Assembly: GCA_027624715.1 (NCBI GenBank)
Contig: JAQBTV010000001.1
Span: 203,752 to 267,751, forward strand
Direction of reading: 5' to 3'
Source of the DNA: Pseudomonadota bacterium
Lineage (GTDB): Bacteria; Pseudomonadota; Gammaproteobacteria; Burkholderiales; Eutrophovitaceae
DNA length: 64,000 bases
Positions 9,725-17,936 of this stretch are shown here, one piece after another. The stretch's first letter is position 1, and every line of letters starts with the position of its first letter. A program made the position numbers and the translations under genes. Under the pieces are notes generated by a model. That model did not search any database and had not been told where the DNA came from. It was given only the letters and a program-made list of their open reading frames with translations.

Positions 9725-9824
9725 AAGTCATTTTATAAATCGATCCGCTACGAACAAAATCATTGACCAACTCTCGAATTAAACGCAAGATAATTAACGA
9801 TATCGAAACCCGTACAATGAAACC

Positions 9825-10109
9825 ATGGATCACGCTGTTCGTATCACTTACTACATTTCTGAAGAGATGCTCGACTTTCCCTCTGAAAATGAGTTCGAGA
9901 TGTTTATAGCGCTGCTTTCAGAAGAACTCTCCGACAATTGGCCCAACTCCCAAATCTTTGTGGAACGGTGTCTAGATGGAGAGGAAGGTTCATTAATTGA
10001 GGGAATGACTGTTCACGAAGAAGAAGAAGCCGGAGAGTGTATCGAATATATTGTTGATGATCTCATTGAATCCTTACAGTGGGAGAGCGAGTTCGACGAC
10101 GAGGATTAG
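9825..10109 (+). CDS. hypothetical small, extremely acidic protein
   Basis: 94-aa ORF. About one third of residues are D/E, with no Lys and only two Arg. There is no obvious Shine-Dalgarno sequence, and I recognise no family. Confidence 0.45.
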   Translation: MDHAVRITYYISEEMLDFPSENEFEMFIALLSEELSDNWPNSQIFVERCLDGEEGSLIEGMTVHEEEEAGECIEYIVDDLIESLQWESEFDDED

Positions 10110-10143
10110 GAAAACCAAGTCCACCTATCTCTTTATTTACCCG

Positions 10144-11019
10144 TTATTCAATGTCTCTGACCAAACGAAACCCTAAATCATCAGCCCTAGAACCCGAGTA
10201 CCTAAATCGACTCGACTCGACTAAATAATACGGCTCATTATTTAGCCAAGACCCCCCTCTAAAGCCCCTCAAAGAACAGTCTCCCTTGAGCCAAGCCGTC
10301 CCATCTAGAGGTGCCCCACGCCAATCTGGGCTCACGCAATCCTCGGTCCACTCCGACATATTACCAATGACATCATGTAGACCGAATGCATTAGGGGCAA
10401 ATTGACCAACGGGCGCGAACTCATGATATCCATCCGAACAGGGAACAAATTCACTCCCTGATTGGTACTCTTGATGGGCAGTTTGATCATACGTATTTGA
10501 AAAATTACAAAGCGCTTTGGCTGGAATATCAAAATGTCGATTCATACCTAAACCCGCGCGAGCCGCATATTCCCATTCGGCGTTTGACGGAAGTCTATAT
10601 ATAAAACCTGTTTTTTTGGATAACCACTTAGCAAATCGATTTGCCTCTGACCAGGTCACATTAAAAACGGGTATTTGGTCTCGATCTGATCCTCCCATTT
10701 CAAGAGGAGGGCAAGCGCTATCCGCAACACACAGGCGCCAGTCTAAAACGGTGATCTCGTATTTGCCGATAGCGTAACCCTTGGCAAAAGTCACAGGATA
10801 AAAATAACCTTCATCGTTTGGACGCCCCGGACCCCAAGGAGGCACTCGCAACTCGAAAGAGCCTTGTGGTATCAGTACCATCATGGGGCACGCATCACAA
10901 TCAGAAAACGCAACAGGCTCATCAGCGGCTATAGCGCAGTAAACCACGGACACACATAAAATCAGGCTGCAATTTTTAAAAAAAAACATTCCCAATCGTA
11001 TCATGCGATCAAAGCTCAT
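10144..11019 (-). CDS. secreted FGE-sulfatase (SUMF1/PvdO-like) fold protein lacking the catalytic cysteine pair
   Basis: 291 aa with a signal-peptide-like N-terminus. Family motifs are present: YAIGKYEITV, NVTWSEANRFAKWLS, YRLPSNAEWEYAARAG, GNMSEWTED, RGGSW...DLGFRLVRD. The segment after RGGSW reads LNNEPYYLVESSRFRY, with no Cys. Confidence 0.85.
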   Translation of the reverse strand: MSFDRMIRLGMFFFKNCSLILCVSVVYCAIAADEPVAFSDCDACPMMVLIPQGSFELRVPPWGPGRPNDEGYFYPVTFAKGYAIGKYEITVLDWRLCVADSACPPLEMGGSDRDQIPVFNVTWSEANRFAKWLSKKTGFIYRLPSNAEWEYAARAGLGMNRHFDIPAKALCNFSNTYDQTAHQEYQSGSEFVPCSDGYHEFAPVGQFAPNAFGLHDVIGNMSEWTEDCVSPDWRGAPLDGTAWLKGDCSLRGFRGGSWLNNEPYYLVESSRFRYSGSRADDLGFRLVRDIE

Positions 11020-11183
11020 CTACTAAAATACTCACGGATCTAAAAGCGTGTGATCATAACAGCGTTTAAAAAGAGCACTCAGGAACCTAGAGATATCAAC
11101 TTCAAGCTAATATTATGCAGAATACACCCGAAATTTTATGCATAAATAGAGCACCAAAATGGTGCATATGTAGGAAATTTGTG

Positions 11184-11211
11184 TTGACTTCCAGTCAACA
11201 GGGGCTATAGA
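11184..11211 (+). promoter_or_regulatory. candidate sigma70 promoter (TTGACT, 16 nt spacer, TATAGA) for the small membrane protein gene
   Basis: TTGACT lies at 11184-11189 and TATAGA at 11206-11211. The -35 box is embedded in the perfect palindrome TGTTGACTtccAGTCAACA. Confidence 0.4.
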
Positions 11212-11270
11212 GTTTCGGTGCACTAATTGAGTGCTCATTGTTTTATTTCAAAAACTTCTGCGGAGGCATC

Positions 11271-11597
11271 ATGAATACAGACAAGATTGTTGGATACATA
11301 GCATTACTTATCGCCATAATAGTTGGTATTGAAATAGTAGCTATTCCCTTTGCGCTTGCGCCCGTATTGTTGCTGATTTGTGGACTTGTTCTTGGCTATA
11401 ACACACCAGCAGAGACACACGTACGTGTGCTCGTTAGCGCTATGGCCCTGACCATGTTTGTTGGTACTCTGACCTTGACTGAGATCCCAGAAATCGGTTT
11501 CTACCTCCAGGATATCGTCAATAGTATTGCCATCTATGCACAAGGTGCCGCATTCTTGATTATTTTTAAAAATCTGTATAAACGTCTAGCACCGTAA
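11271..11597 (+). CDS. small integral membrane protein, unknown function
   Basis: ATG at 11271 is preceded by GGAGG 4 nt upstream. The track's earlier TTG start at 11238 has no RBS. The 108-aa product is very hydrophobic (3-4 predicted TM segments). A hairpin follows the stop. Confidence 0.65.
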   Translation: MNTDKIVGYIALLIAIIVGIEIVAIPFALAPVLLLICGLVLGYNTPAETHVRVLVSAMALTMFVGTLTLTEIPEIGFYLQDIVNSIAIYAQGAAFLIIFKNLYKRLAP

Positions 11598-11604
11598 CGC
11601 AAAC

Positions 11605-11634
11605 AGTGGGCTCTCCAAAAACGGAGAGCCCACT
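11605..11634 (+). terminator. hairpin terminator candidate (12-bp perfect stem)
   Basis: AGTGGGCTCTCC aaaaac GGAGAGCCCACT lies 8 nt after the stop codon. The downstream T tract is weak (atcaattta). Confidence 0.55.
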
Positions 11635-11806
11635 ATCAATTTATCAGACAAACAAGCTCATCTTTTGAGTCGACGTTCTTGCAGTACTCTACCTTTCATC
11701 TTCCTCCATTCAGAAAACCTAACGAACAATAAACTGAATAATCACTTAATAAGCTTAATTTACCTACGCAGAGACACGGGACCGTCGGTAGCAAGTTATT
11801 ATTTTA

Positions 11807-12433
11807 ATGAACAAACATTTATCTGTTGGGTTTGCTATGGCTGGTGCGCTAATTATTGAGGAACACCTATCAAAAAAAGATAAGGTTCTTTCTCGTTTAA
11901 TCAAAAAATTTGGTCCTGCTCCAATAGTAACAGCAAATAAAAGAAACCCTTTTGACTCTTTGGTAAGTTCAGTTATTAGTCAGCAACTTTCTTCGACTGT
12001 AAGTAGCGCTATAAAAAAACGACTTGTGAAAGTTGTCGGAAGACGTCCCTTCAAACCTGAAAATATTTTGAATGCTAAAGAGGAGTTATTAAAGGGTTGC
12101 GGAATATCTTCAGCAAAAATAAAAACAATAAAAGGTATCGCAAAGGAGGTAGTGAATGTAAGGTTGGATTTAAAGCACTTCAAAGATTTAACAGATGATG
12201 AAGTTATTGCGTACCTCTCATCATTTTGGGGCGTTGGAAAGTGGACTGCTGAGATGTTCTTAATGTTTACGCTAAACAGATTGGATGTACTTCCACTCAA
12301 TGATGCCGGACTCAATCGGGCGCACGGTATTCTTTACCCAAACGCAGAATCGTTTGCAAACACAGCTGAGAAGTGGAAACCTTTTAGAACTGTGGGGTGT
12401 TGGTATATGTGGAAGCATATCGACAACTCTTAA
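11807..12433 (+). CDS. DNA-3-methyladenine glycosylase II-like, HhH-GPD superfamily (AlkA-like)
   Basis: 208 aa. It has NPFDSLVSSVISQQLS, an HhH-like GISSAKIKTIKGIA, and GVGKWTAEMFLMF...LPLNDAGL with the conserved Asp. The gene is markedly AT-rich (30-32% GC in two sampled 60-nt lines). Confidence 0.75.
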   Translation: MNKHLSVGFAMAGALIIEEHLSKKDKVLSRLIKKFGPAPIVTANKRNPFDSLVSSVISQQLSSTVSSAIKKRLVKVVGRRPFKPENILNAKEELLKGCGISSAKIKTIKGIAKEVVNVRLDLKHFKDLTDDEVIAYLSSFWGVGKWTAEMFLMFTLNRLDVLPLNDAGLNRAHGILYPNAESFANTAEKWKPFRTVGCWYMWKHIDNS

Positions 12434-12449
12434 CCTCATTAATGTTGTT

Positions 12450-12890
12450 TTAAACAATATCTTTGGATTGAGGTAGGTTAGACAAGCGTCCGGGTAGCGT
12501 TAAAACAGTGGGGGTTGCTGCGCAAGACGATTGCACAGTCATTACCAACATTCGCGCCGACTTAGAAGAGACATCACGGTACATGTTCGTCTGATACGTC
12601 AGTAATAACAGTTTAGGCATTTTCTGCGGGATGGATAAAACGAATACCGTGATGGCAAATTCCATGGTTAGGGTACTTTCTACCATTTGATTAATAACTA
12701 ATATCGCGGTGACAAATATGTTGGGCAGTTCTTAAATGGCGCATGCTAAGGCAGTAAACGCAATGCCTCGGCAAGCAGCGGCGATACATTGAAAGGTATT
12801 TAGAATGCTGGTGCGTTTGTTAGCGCCGAGAAAGTTGCTAATCAAGGGCATGAATAGATAAAAACCGTTCACATTCCCTTGCCATGTGGG
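12450..12890 (-). pseudogene. possible relic of a membrane-protein gene (N-terminally truncated, with an in-frame stop)
   Basis: A single minus-strand frame reads PTWQGNVNGFYLFMPLISNFLGANKRTSILNTFQCIAAACRGIAFTALACAI * ELPNIFVTAILVINQMVESTLTMEFAITVFVLSIPQK... The in-frame TAA is at 12732-12734. The product is hydrophobic, with no start or RBS for a full-length gene. A LysE/RhtB-like origin is only a guess. Confidence 0.25.
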
Positions 12891-12946
12891 TTAGGCAAAC
12901 AACTGATGGAATTTTTTATGTGATGTGATAGTGTTAAAGTTTTTTA

Positions 12947-13849
12947 ATGGGAAATCTCATGTCATACGCTATCCAGCCTATTGATCCCGCAAGACCCACT
13001 TTTATTGGAGAGGCATCAGGTATTGATCTGACGCGCGGCCTGAGTAATGTCGAAGTCGGCGCGATCCACGCGGGCATGGACCGCTTTGGTGTACTGGTAT
13101 TTCACGACCAGCATTTGGACGATGAGCAGCAAATAGCGTTTAGCCGTCAACTCGGCCGCCTCGAAGAAGCCACGGGTGACATCCACTCAGAGAAGGACCG
13201 ACGTCTGAGTATGGATTTGAACGACATTTCAAACCTCGACAAACATGGCGAGTTGCTTCCGCACGATGACCGGCGACGGCTATTCAGTTTGGGTAATTTG
13301 ATGTGGCACTCTGACAGCTCTTTTAAGGATGTACCATCCAAGTATTCGATGTTGTCTGCGCGTAAAATTCCAGGTGCTGGTGGAAATACGGAATTTGCGG
13401 ACATGCGTGCCGCATACGATGCACTAGACGCTGCAACAAAGACCGAGGTACACGATCTTATTTGCTCACACAGTCAAATTTTTTCGCGTGCCATCTTAGG
13501 GTTTGACGATTTCACCGATCCGGAGCGTGCCAAGTGGGCGCCAGTTCGCCAGCGCCTTGTGCGTCGTCACCCAAACACTGGACGCCTTTCGCTGTATTTA
13601 TCAAGCCACGCCGGTGGCATTGAAGGCTGGCCTATGCCAGAAGCACGTTCATTATTATTTGAATTAAATGAACACGCCACCCAACGACAGTTTGTGTACG
13701 CACACATATGGCGTCCATGGGACCTAGTGATTTGGGACAACCGCGTAACGATGCACAGAGCTCGTCGCTATAACCCGAAAGAAATGCGCGATATGCGCAG
13801 AACCACTTTGACAAATGAAGTGTCTAGCCTAGAGCAGGGGGTAATTTGA
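12947..13849 (+). CDS. alpha-ketoglutarate-dependent dioxygenase, TauD/TfdA family
   Basis: 300 aa. The HxD iron motif lies in MWHSDSSF, the distal His/Arg in VTMHRARRY, and the N-terminal FHDQHLDDEQQIAFSRQLG is typical of TfdA-like proteins. The start may be the ATG at 12959 (MSYAIQP). The gene is GC-rich (60-62% in two sampled lines). Confidence 0.85.
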   Translation: MGNLMSYAIQPIDPARPTFIGEASGIDLTRGLSNVEVGAIHAGMDRFGVLVFHDQHLDDEQQIAFSRQLGRLEEATGDIHSEKDRRLSMDLNDISNLDKHGELLPHDDRRRLFSLGNLMWHSDSSFKDVPSKYSMLSARKIPGAGGNTEFADMRAAYDALDAATKTEVHDLICSHSQIFSRAILGFDDFTDPERAKWAPVRQRLVRRHPNTGRLSLYLSSHAGGIEGWPMPEARSLLFELNEHATQRQFVYAHIWRPWDLVIWDNRVTMHRARRYNPKEMRDMRRTTLTNEVSSLEQGVI

Positions 13850-13867
13850 TTGGGTGGGATTGCAAGA

Positions 13868-13944
13868 TGGTGGGCCTGCTAGGACTTGAACCTAGGACCA
13901 AAGGATTATGAGTCCTCTGCTCTAACCAGCTGAGCTACAGGCCC
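13868..13944 (-). tRNA. tRNA with CAT anticodon, most likely tRNA-Ile2 (lysidine-modified); formally Met by anticodon
   Basis: The reverse complement GGGCCTGTAGCTCAGCTGGTTAGAGCAGAGGACTCATAATCCTTTGGTCCTAGGTTCAAGTCCTAGCAGGCCCACCA folds as a 77-nt cloverleaf with acceptor 7 bp, D 4 bp, anticodon 5 bp, T 5 bp and an encoded CCA. It carries C4-G69 and C5-G68 and a TTGGTC variable region, like E. coli ileX. It lacks initiator features. Confidence 0.95.
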
Positions 13945-13972
13945 ACGCAAACTTTAAGAGGTGACTCTCTCA

Positions 13973-15928
13973 CTAACCATTATCACCGTCTGTAAAACTC
14001 TTTAATCGCTCAGAACGTGACGGATGACGGAGTTTTCTTAGCGCCTTCGCCTCAATTTGTCTGATCCGTTCTCGAGTCACATCAAACTGCTTACCGACAT
14101 CTTCCAGAGTATGATCAGTAGACATTTCAATACCGAAACGCATACGCAAAACCTTCGCCTCTCGAGAAGTCAGTGTATCGAGAACTTCCGAAGTCGCGTT
14201 CTTTAAACTCGTATACACAGCCGCATCCATTGGGGCCAAGGTGCTCATGTCCTCGATAAAATCACCCAAATGCGAATCTTCGTCATCTCCAATAGGAGTT
14301 TCCATCGAAATTGGCTCTTTCGATATTTTAAGAATTTTTCGAATTTTATCCTCAGGCATTTCCATTTTTTCTGCAAGCGTAGCGGGATCTGGCTCCAGGC
14401 CCGTCTCTTGAAGAATCTGCCTTGAAATACGATTCATTTTGTTGATCGTCTCAATCATATGAACCGGGATACGGATCGTTCGAGCCTGATCCGCAATAGA
14501 TCGAGTGATCGCCTGACGAATCCACCACGTCGCGTAAGTTGAAAACTTGTATCCTCGTCGATACTCGAATTTGTCCACTGCTTTCATCAAGCCAATGTTA
14601 CCCTCTTGAATTAGATCCAAGAACTGTAGCCCGCGATTTGTATACTTCTTGGCAATCGATATCACGAGCCTCAAATTAGCCTCAGTCATCTCTCTCTTTG
14701 CGCGTCGTGACTTCGCTTCCCCTGTCGACATTTTCTTATTAATTTCTCTAAGCGCCGCTAGAGAAATGCCTATGTAACATTGAATGTTCGCAAGATTTTT
14801 TTGGCACTCAAGAATATCAGGAGCTAAGCGCACTAAAGTCTCGACATACGGCTTACGCACCGCCATTTCTCGCTCTATCCACTTAGGATCAACTTCATGC
14901 CCTGGAAAGGTTTTAATAAATCGGAGCTTTGGCATGCCTGCTTTATCAACGGCCAGGTCCATGATATTTCGCTCTTGTGTGCGGACCTCGTGCACTACAG
15001 ATTTTACAGCATCACACATAGTCTCAATATGCTTCGCAGCGAAGCGGATGTACAAAAGCTCGTCTGATATATCAGACTGGTGTTTAAGGTAAGCCGTTGA
15101 GGTTGCACCACCCCGCGCCAGCGCTCTCATCATCTTTGTGTTTAATGCTCTAACCCTTGAAAAACGTTCCAATGACTCATGACGCAGCGTTTCTAAGTTG
15201 GCTGCCTGAATAGCCGCTAGTGCCTCTTCATCTTCCTCCTCATCGTCCTCACCGTCACCATCATCATCGTGGTCGGCATTTAAAGACGCTGAAACATCGG
15301 CACTGCTGTCTTCTTCGTCCTCCTCATTAGCTAAGGCATGTGGATCAATCAAGCCATCTACGACCTCATCAATCTTGACTTCACCATTCTCAATTTTCTC
15401 TGCAAGCTCAAGCAATTGAGTAATCGTCATTGGACAAGCCGAAATCGCTTGAACCATATGCCTTAACCCTTCCTCAATACGCTTTGCGATTTCTATTTCA
15501 CCCTCCCGAGTCAGTAGCTCAACAGTTCCCATCTCGCGCATGTACATGCGAACCGGGTCAGTCGTGCGACCGAACTCTGAATCAACTGTTGACAGCACTT
15601 GCTCTGCCTCTGCTACCGCGTCTTCATCAGCGACTGGCGGAGCATTCTCGTTTAGAAGTAGCGCTTCCGAGTCCGGAGCCTCATCATAAACTTGGATACC
15701 CATATCATGAATCATACTGACGATCGTTTCAATTTGATCCGTCTGCAACATCTCATCAGGTAGATGGTCATTAATCTCGGCGTATGTCAAAAACCCTCGT
15801 TCTTTACCTTGAACGATTAAAGTCTTTAACCGCGTACGCCGAATTTCAGGATCTAAGGGCTGCTGACTTTCAGCTTGTTTATTTTTTTTCTTTCTGCCTC
15901 GTTTTTTTGAAAGGGAGTCACTCACCAT
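13973..15928 (-). CDS. rpoD: RNA polymerase sigma factor RpoD (sigma70)
   Basis: 651 aa. Region 2 ([15 protein letters not shown]), region 4 ([28 protein letters not shown]) and the acidic non-conserved spacer are present. Confidence 0.98.
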   Translation of the reverse strand: MVSDSLSKKRGRKKKNKQAESQQPLDPEIRRTRLKTLIVQGKERGFLTYAEINDHLPDEMLQTDQIETIVSMIHDMGIQVYDEAPDSEALLLNENAPPVADEDAVAEAEQVLSTVDSEFGRTTDPVRMYMREMGTVELLTREGEIEIAKRIEEGLRHMVQAISACPMTITQLLELAEKIENGEVKIDEVVDGLIDPHALANEEDEEDSSADVSASLNADHDDDGDGEDDEEEDEEALAAIQAANLETLRHESLERFSRVRALNTKMMRALARGGATSTAYLKHQSDISDELLYIRFAAKHIETMCDAVKSVVHEVRTQERNIMDLAVDKAGMPKLRFIKTFPGHEVDPKWIEREMAVRKPYVETLVRLAPDILECQKNLANIQCYIGISLAALREINKKMSTGEAKSRRAKREMTEANLRLVISIAKKYTNRGLQFLDLIQEGNIGLMKAVDKFEYRRGYKFSTYATWWIRQAITRSIADQARTIRIPVHMIETINKMNRISRQILQETGLEPDPATLAEKMEMPEDKIRKILKISKEPISMETPIGDDEDSHLGDFIEDMSTLAPMDAAVYTSLKNATSEVLDTLTSREAKVLRMRFGIEMSTDHTLEDVGKQFDVTRERIRQIEAKALRKLRHPSRSERLKSFTDGDNG

Positions 15929-16030
15929 ACAGTCTAGCCTCTAAGTAACAATCGTAGGAAATCTATCCAGCCAGCGCATTAAGAACTGCGCTTTGTAGCT
16001 AACCCATAAGTATATCGTGTTTTTCTCAAT

Positions 16031-17830
16031 TCAGTCTGATTTCGAGTCTATTTTTGAATTCGTTAAACTTCTATAACGGGCTTTATCTTCCTCAGTAAGA
16101 CTCGAAGGTGTTCTGTTTAATAATAATTCCTTTTGTAAATTCAAACGGGCCAAATGGCTCAATTGATCCCACGCTTGGGCGTACTCCTCTTTCACAAGAT
16201 TGAAATCAATGCTCCCTTGCTGATATCGGGTGTGTGCCAAACTCGAGCCTTTAAGCACTGCTCCCTCAAAAGCAGAACCCCGGAAACGCTCTATTATCTG
16301 GCTCTGATTCAACTGTTCTATAGCCAACCTCAACAACTCAGCCAGCAAATCAAATTCTGAAGCAGCGAACCGTTGTTGTAAGCTTGGACGCACATCAAGT
16401 AAGTGCGCGCTATCCGTGCCACGAGCCAACTCCGGGAAAACAAGTAACATCTCAATTAAGTGTTTTAGTACGGATGGCGCACTCGTTGCACGCGACCAGA
16501 CAGCCCCTTGCGTATCGGGGACTCTTCGAAATGATTTGTACGTTTGTGCTTGAGGCACATCACCTAAATCTGGAGCCGTTAGGCCAGTCAACGCTGACAC
16601 TCTTTCAATCAATAACTTTCGGATCATTGGCGCTTTCACTTGAGCCACGACAGGCTTAAATAAAGACGCCAATCTCGATTTACCTTCTACGGAATCTAAA
16701 TTCCCTGACTGACGAGTTAAGTCATTGATTAAAAAATCCGACATCGGAGTAGCCTCAACAATGTAGCGCTCAAAAACTTCGCGACCCTGTGACCTCACAA
16801 AACTGTCTGGATCCTCACCCTCTGGAAGGAAAAGAAACGATACTTTGCTTCCATCTTCTACCTGACCGAGACTACTTTCCAACGCTCTTAATGCAGCCTT
16901 GCGCCCAGCCAAATCACCATCGAAACAAAATATCAAATCTGAACACTGTTTAAGGAGTCTTCCAACTTGAAATTCCGTCACCGCAGTGCCTAAAGTCGCG
17001 ACCGAGTAAGTGATTCCGCTTTGATGAAGAGCCACAACATCCATATAGCCTTCAACCACCACAATACGCCTTTCCTGCCTGATCGAATGTCGTGATTCCC
17101 AGAATCCGTAAACCTCTTTTCCTTTATGAAAAAAAGGAGTCTCAGGAGAGTTAAGGTATTTAGGTTCTCCCTTGTCAATTACACGTCCCCCAAAAGCAAT
17201 AATACGACCCCGAAAATCCCTAATTGGGAAAATAATCCTGTCTCGGAAACGATCATAACGACGCCCATCCTTCTCATTAACAAGACCAGCCTCCAGCAGT
17301 GTAGTGGAGTCATCATAGTCTGGGAATGCACGCTTAAGCTCTTGCCAATCTTCGCTCGCATAACCCACTAAAAATTTAGCCGCAACACCGCCATCAATGC
17401 CTCTTGCCTTTAGATACTTAATAGCATCGGGAGCGTCTTTAAGGCATCGTTTGTAGTGACTTGCCGCTCTACTTGTCGACAAAAAATACTCCTGGGGGTC
17501 TTTTCTCTGCTCGTCGTTTTCATTTCGCTGATCTCTAGGCACCGTCATACCCACACGCGCAGCGAGATTTTCAACCGCATCAATAAAACCTAAGCCCTGC
17601 TGCTCCATGAGAAAAGATATTGCCGATCCGTGCGCACCACACCCAAAACAATGATAAAACTGCTTTTGTTGGCTCACGGTGAAAGAAGGCGTTTTTTCTT
17701 CGTGGAAAGGACAACAAGCTGACAAGTTCGCTCCACTTCGTTTTAGCGGCACGAATTTCTCTACAACGTCAACAATATCAACGCGGTTCAACAGTTCATC
17801 AATGAAAGTTTGTGGGATCATATGCGCCAA
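16031..17830 (-). CDS. dnaG: DNA primase
   Basis: 599 aa. It has the zinc ribbon CPFHEEKTPSFTVSQQKQFYHCFGCGAHG and a TOPRIM region EGYMDV. It lies between yqeY/rpsU and rpoD. Confidence 0.97.
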   Translation of the reverse strand: MAHMIPQTFIDELLNRVDIVDVVEKFVPLKRSGANLSACCPFHEEKTPSFTVSQQKQFYHCFGCGAHGSAISFLMEQQGLGFIDAVENLAARVGMTVPRDQRNENDEQRKDPQEYFLSTSRAASHYKRCLKDAPDAIKYLKARGIDGGVAAKFLVGYASEDWQELKRAFPDYDDSTTLLEAGLVNEKDGRRYDRFRDRIIFPIRDFRGRIIAFGGRVIDKGEPKYLNSPETPFFHKGKEVYGFWESRHSIRQERRIVVVEGYMDVVALHQSGITYSVATLGTAVTEFQVGRLLKQCSDLIFCFDGDLAGRKAALRALESSLGQVEDGSKVSFLFLPEGEDPDSFVRSQGREVFERYIVEATPMSDFLINDLTRQSGNLDSVEGKSRLASLFKPVVAQVKAPMIRKLLIERVSALTGLTAPDLGDVPQAQTYKSFRRVPDTQGAVWSRATSAPSVLKHLIEMLLVFPELARGTDSAHLLDVRPSLQQRFAASEFDLLAELLRLAIEQLNQSQIIERFRGSAFEGAVLKGSSLAHTRYQQGSIDFNLVKEEYAQAWDQLSHLARLNLQKELLLNRTPSSLTEEDKARYRSLTNSKIDSKSD

Positions 17831-17936
17831 ACTATCACGTAATTAGCATATACGGTTACTCAAATTCTCTTCACTCAGCACGGATTGAGGCTAGACAACG
17901 ACACCACCCTCAACCAGAGGTATATCAGCCTTTCGG

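Noticed and set aside
11665-11859. 64-aa plus-strand ORF between the terminator hairpin and the alkA-like gene
   Set aside because: It overlaps the alkA-like start in another frame, has no RBS and has no family resemblance. It is most likely the promoter/leader region of the alkA-like gene.
15190-15330. Acidic low-complexity stretch (EEDEEDSS...[15 protein letters not shown]) considered as a repeat or insertion
   Set aside because: It lies in the non-conserved acidic spacer region between the conserved regions of primary sigma factors. This is a normal feature of RpoD.
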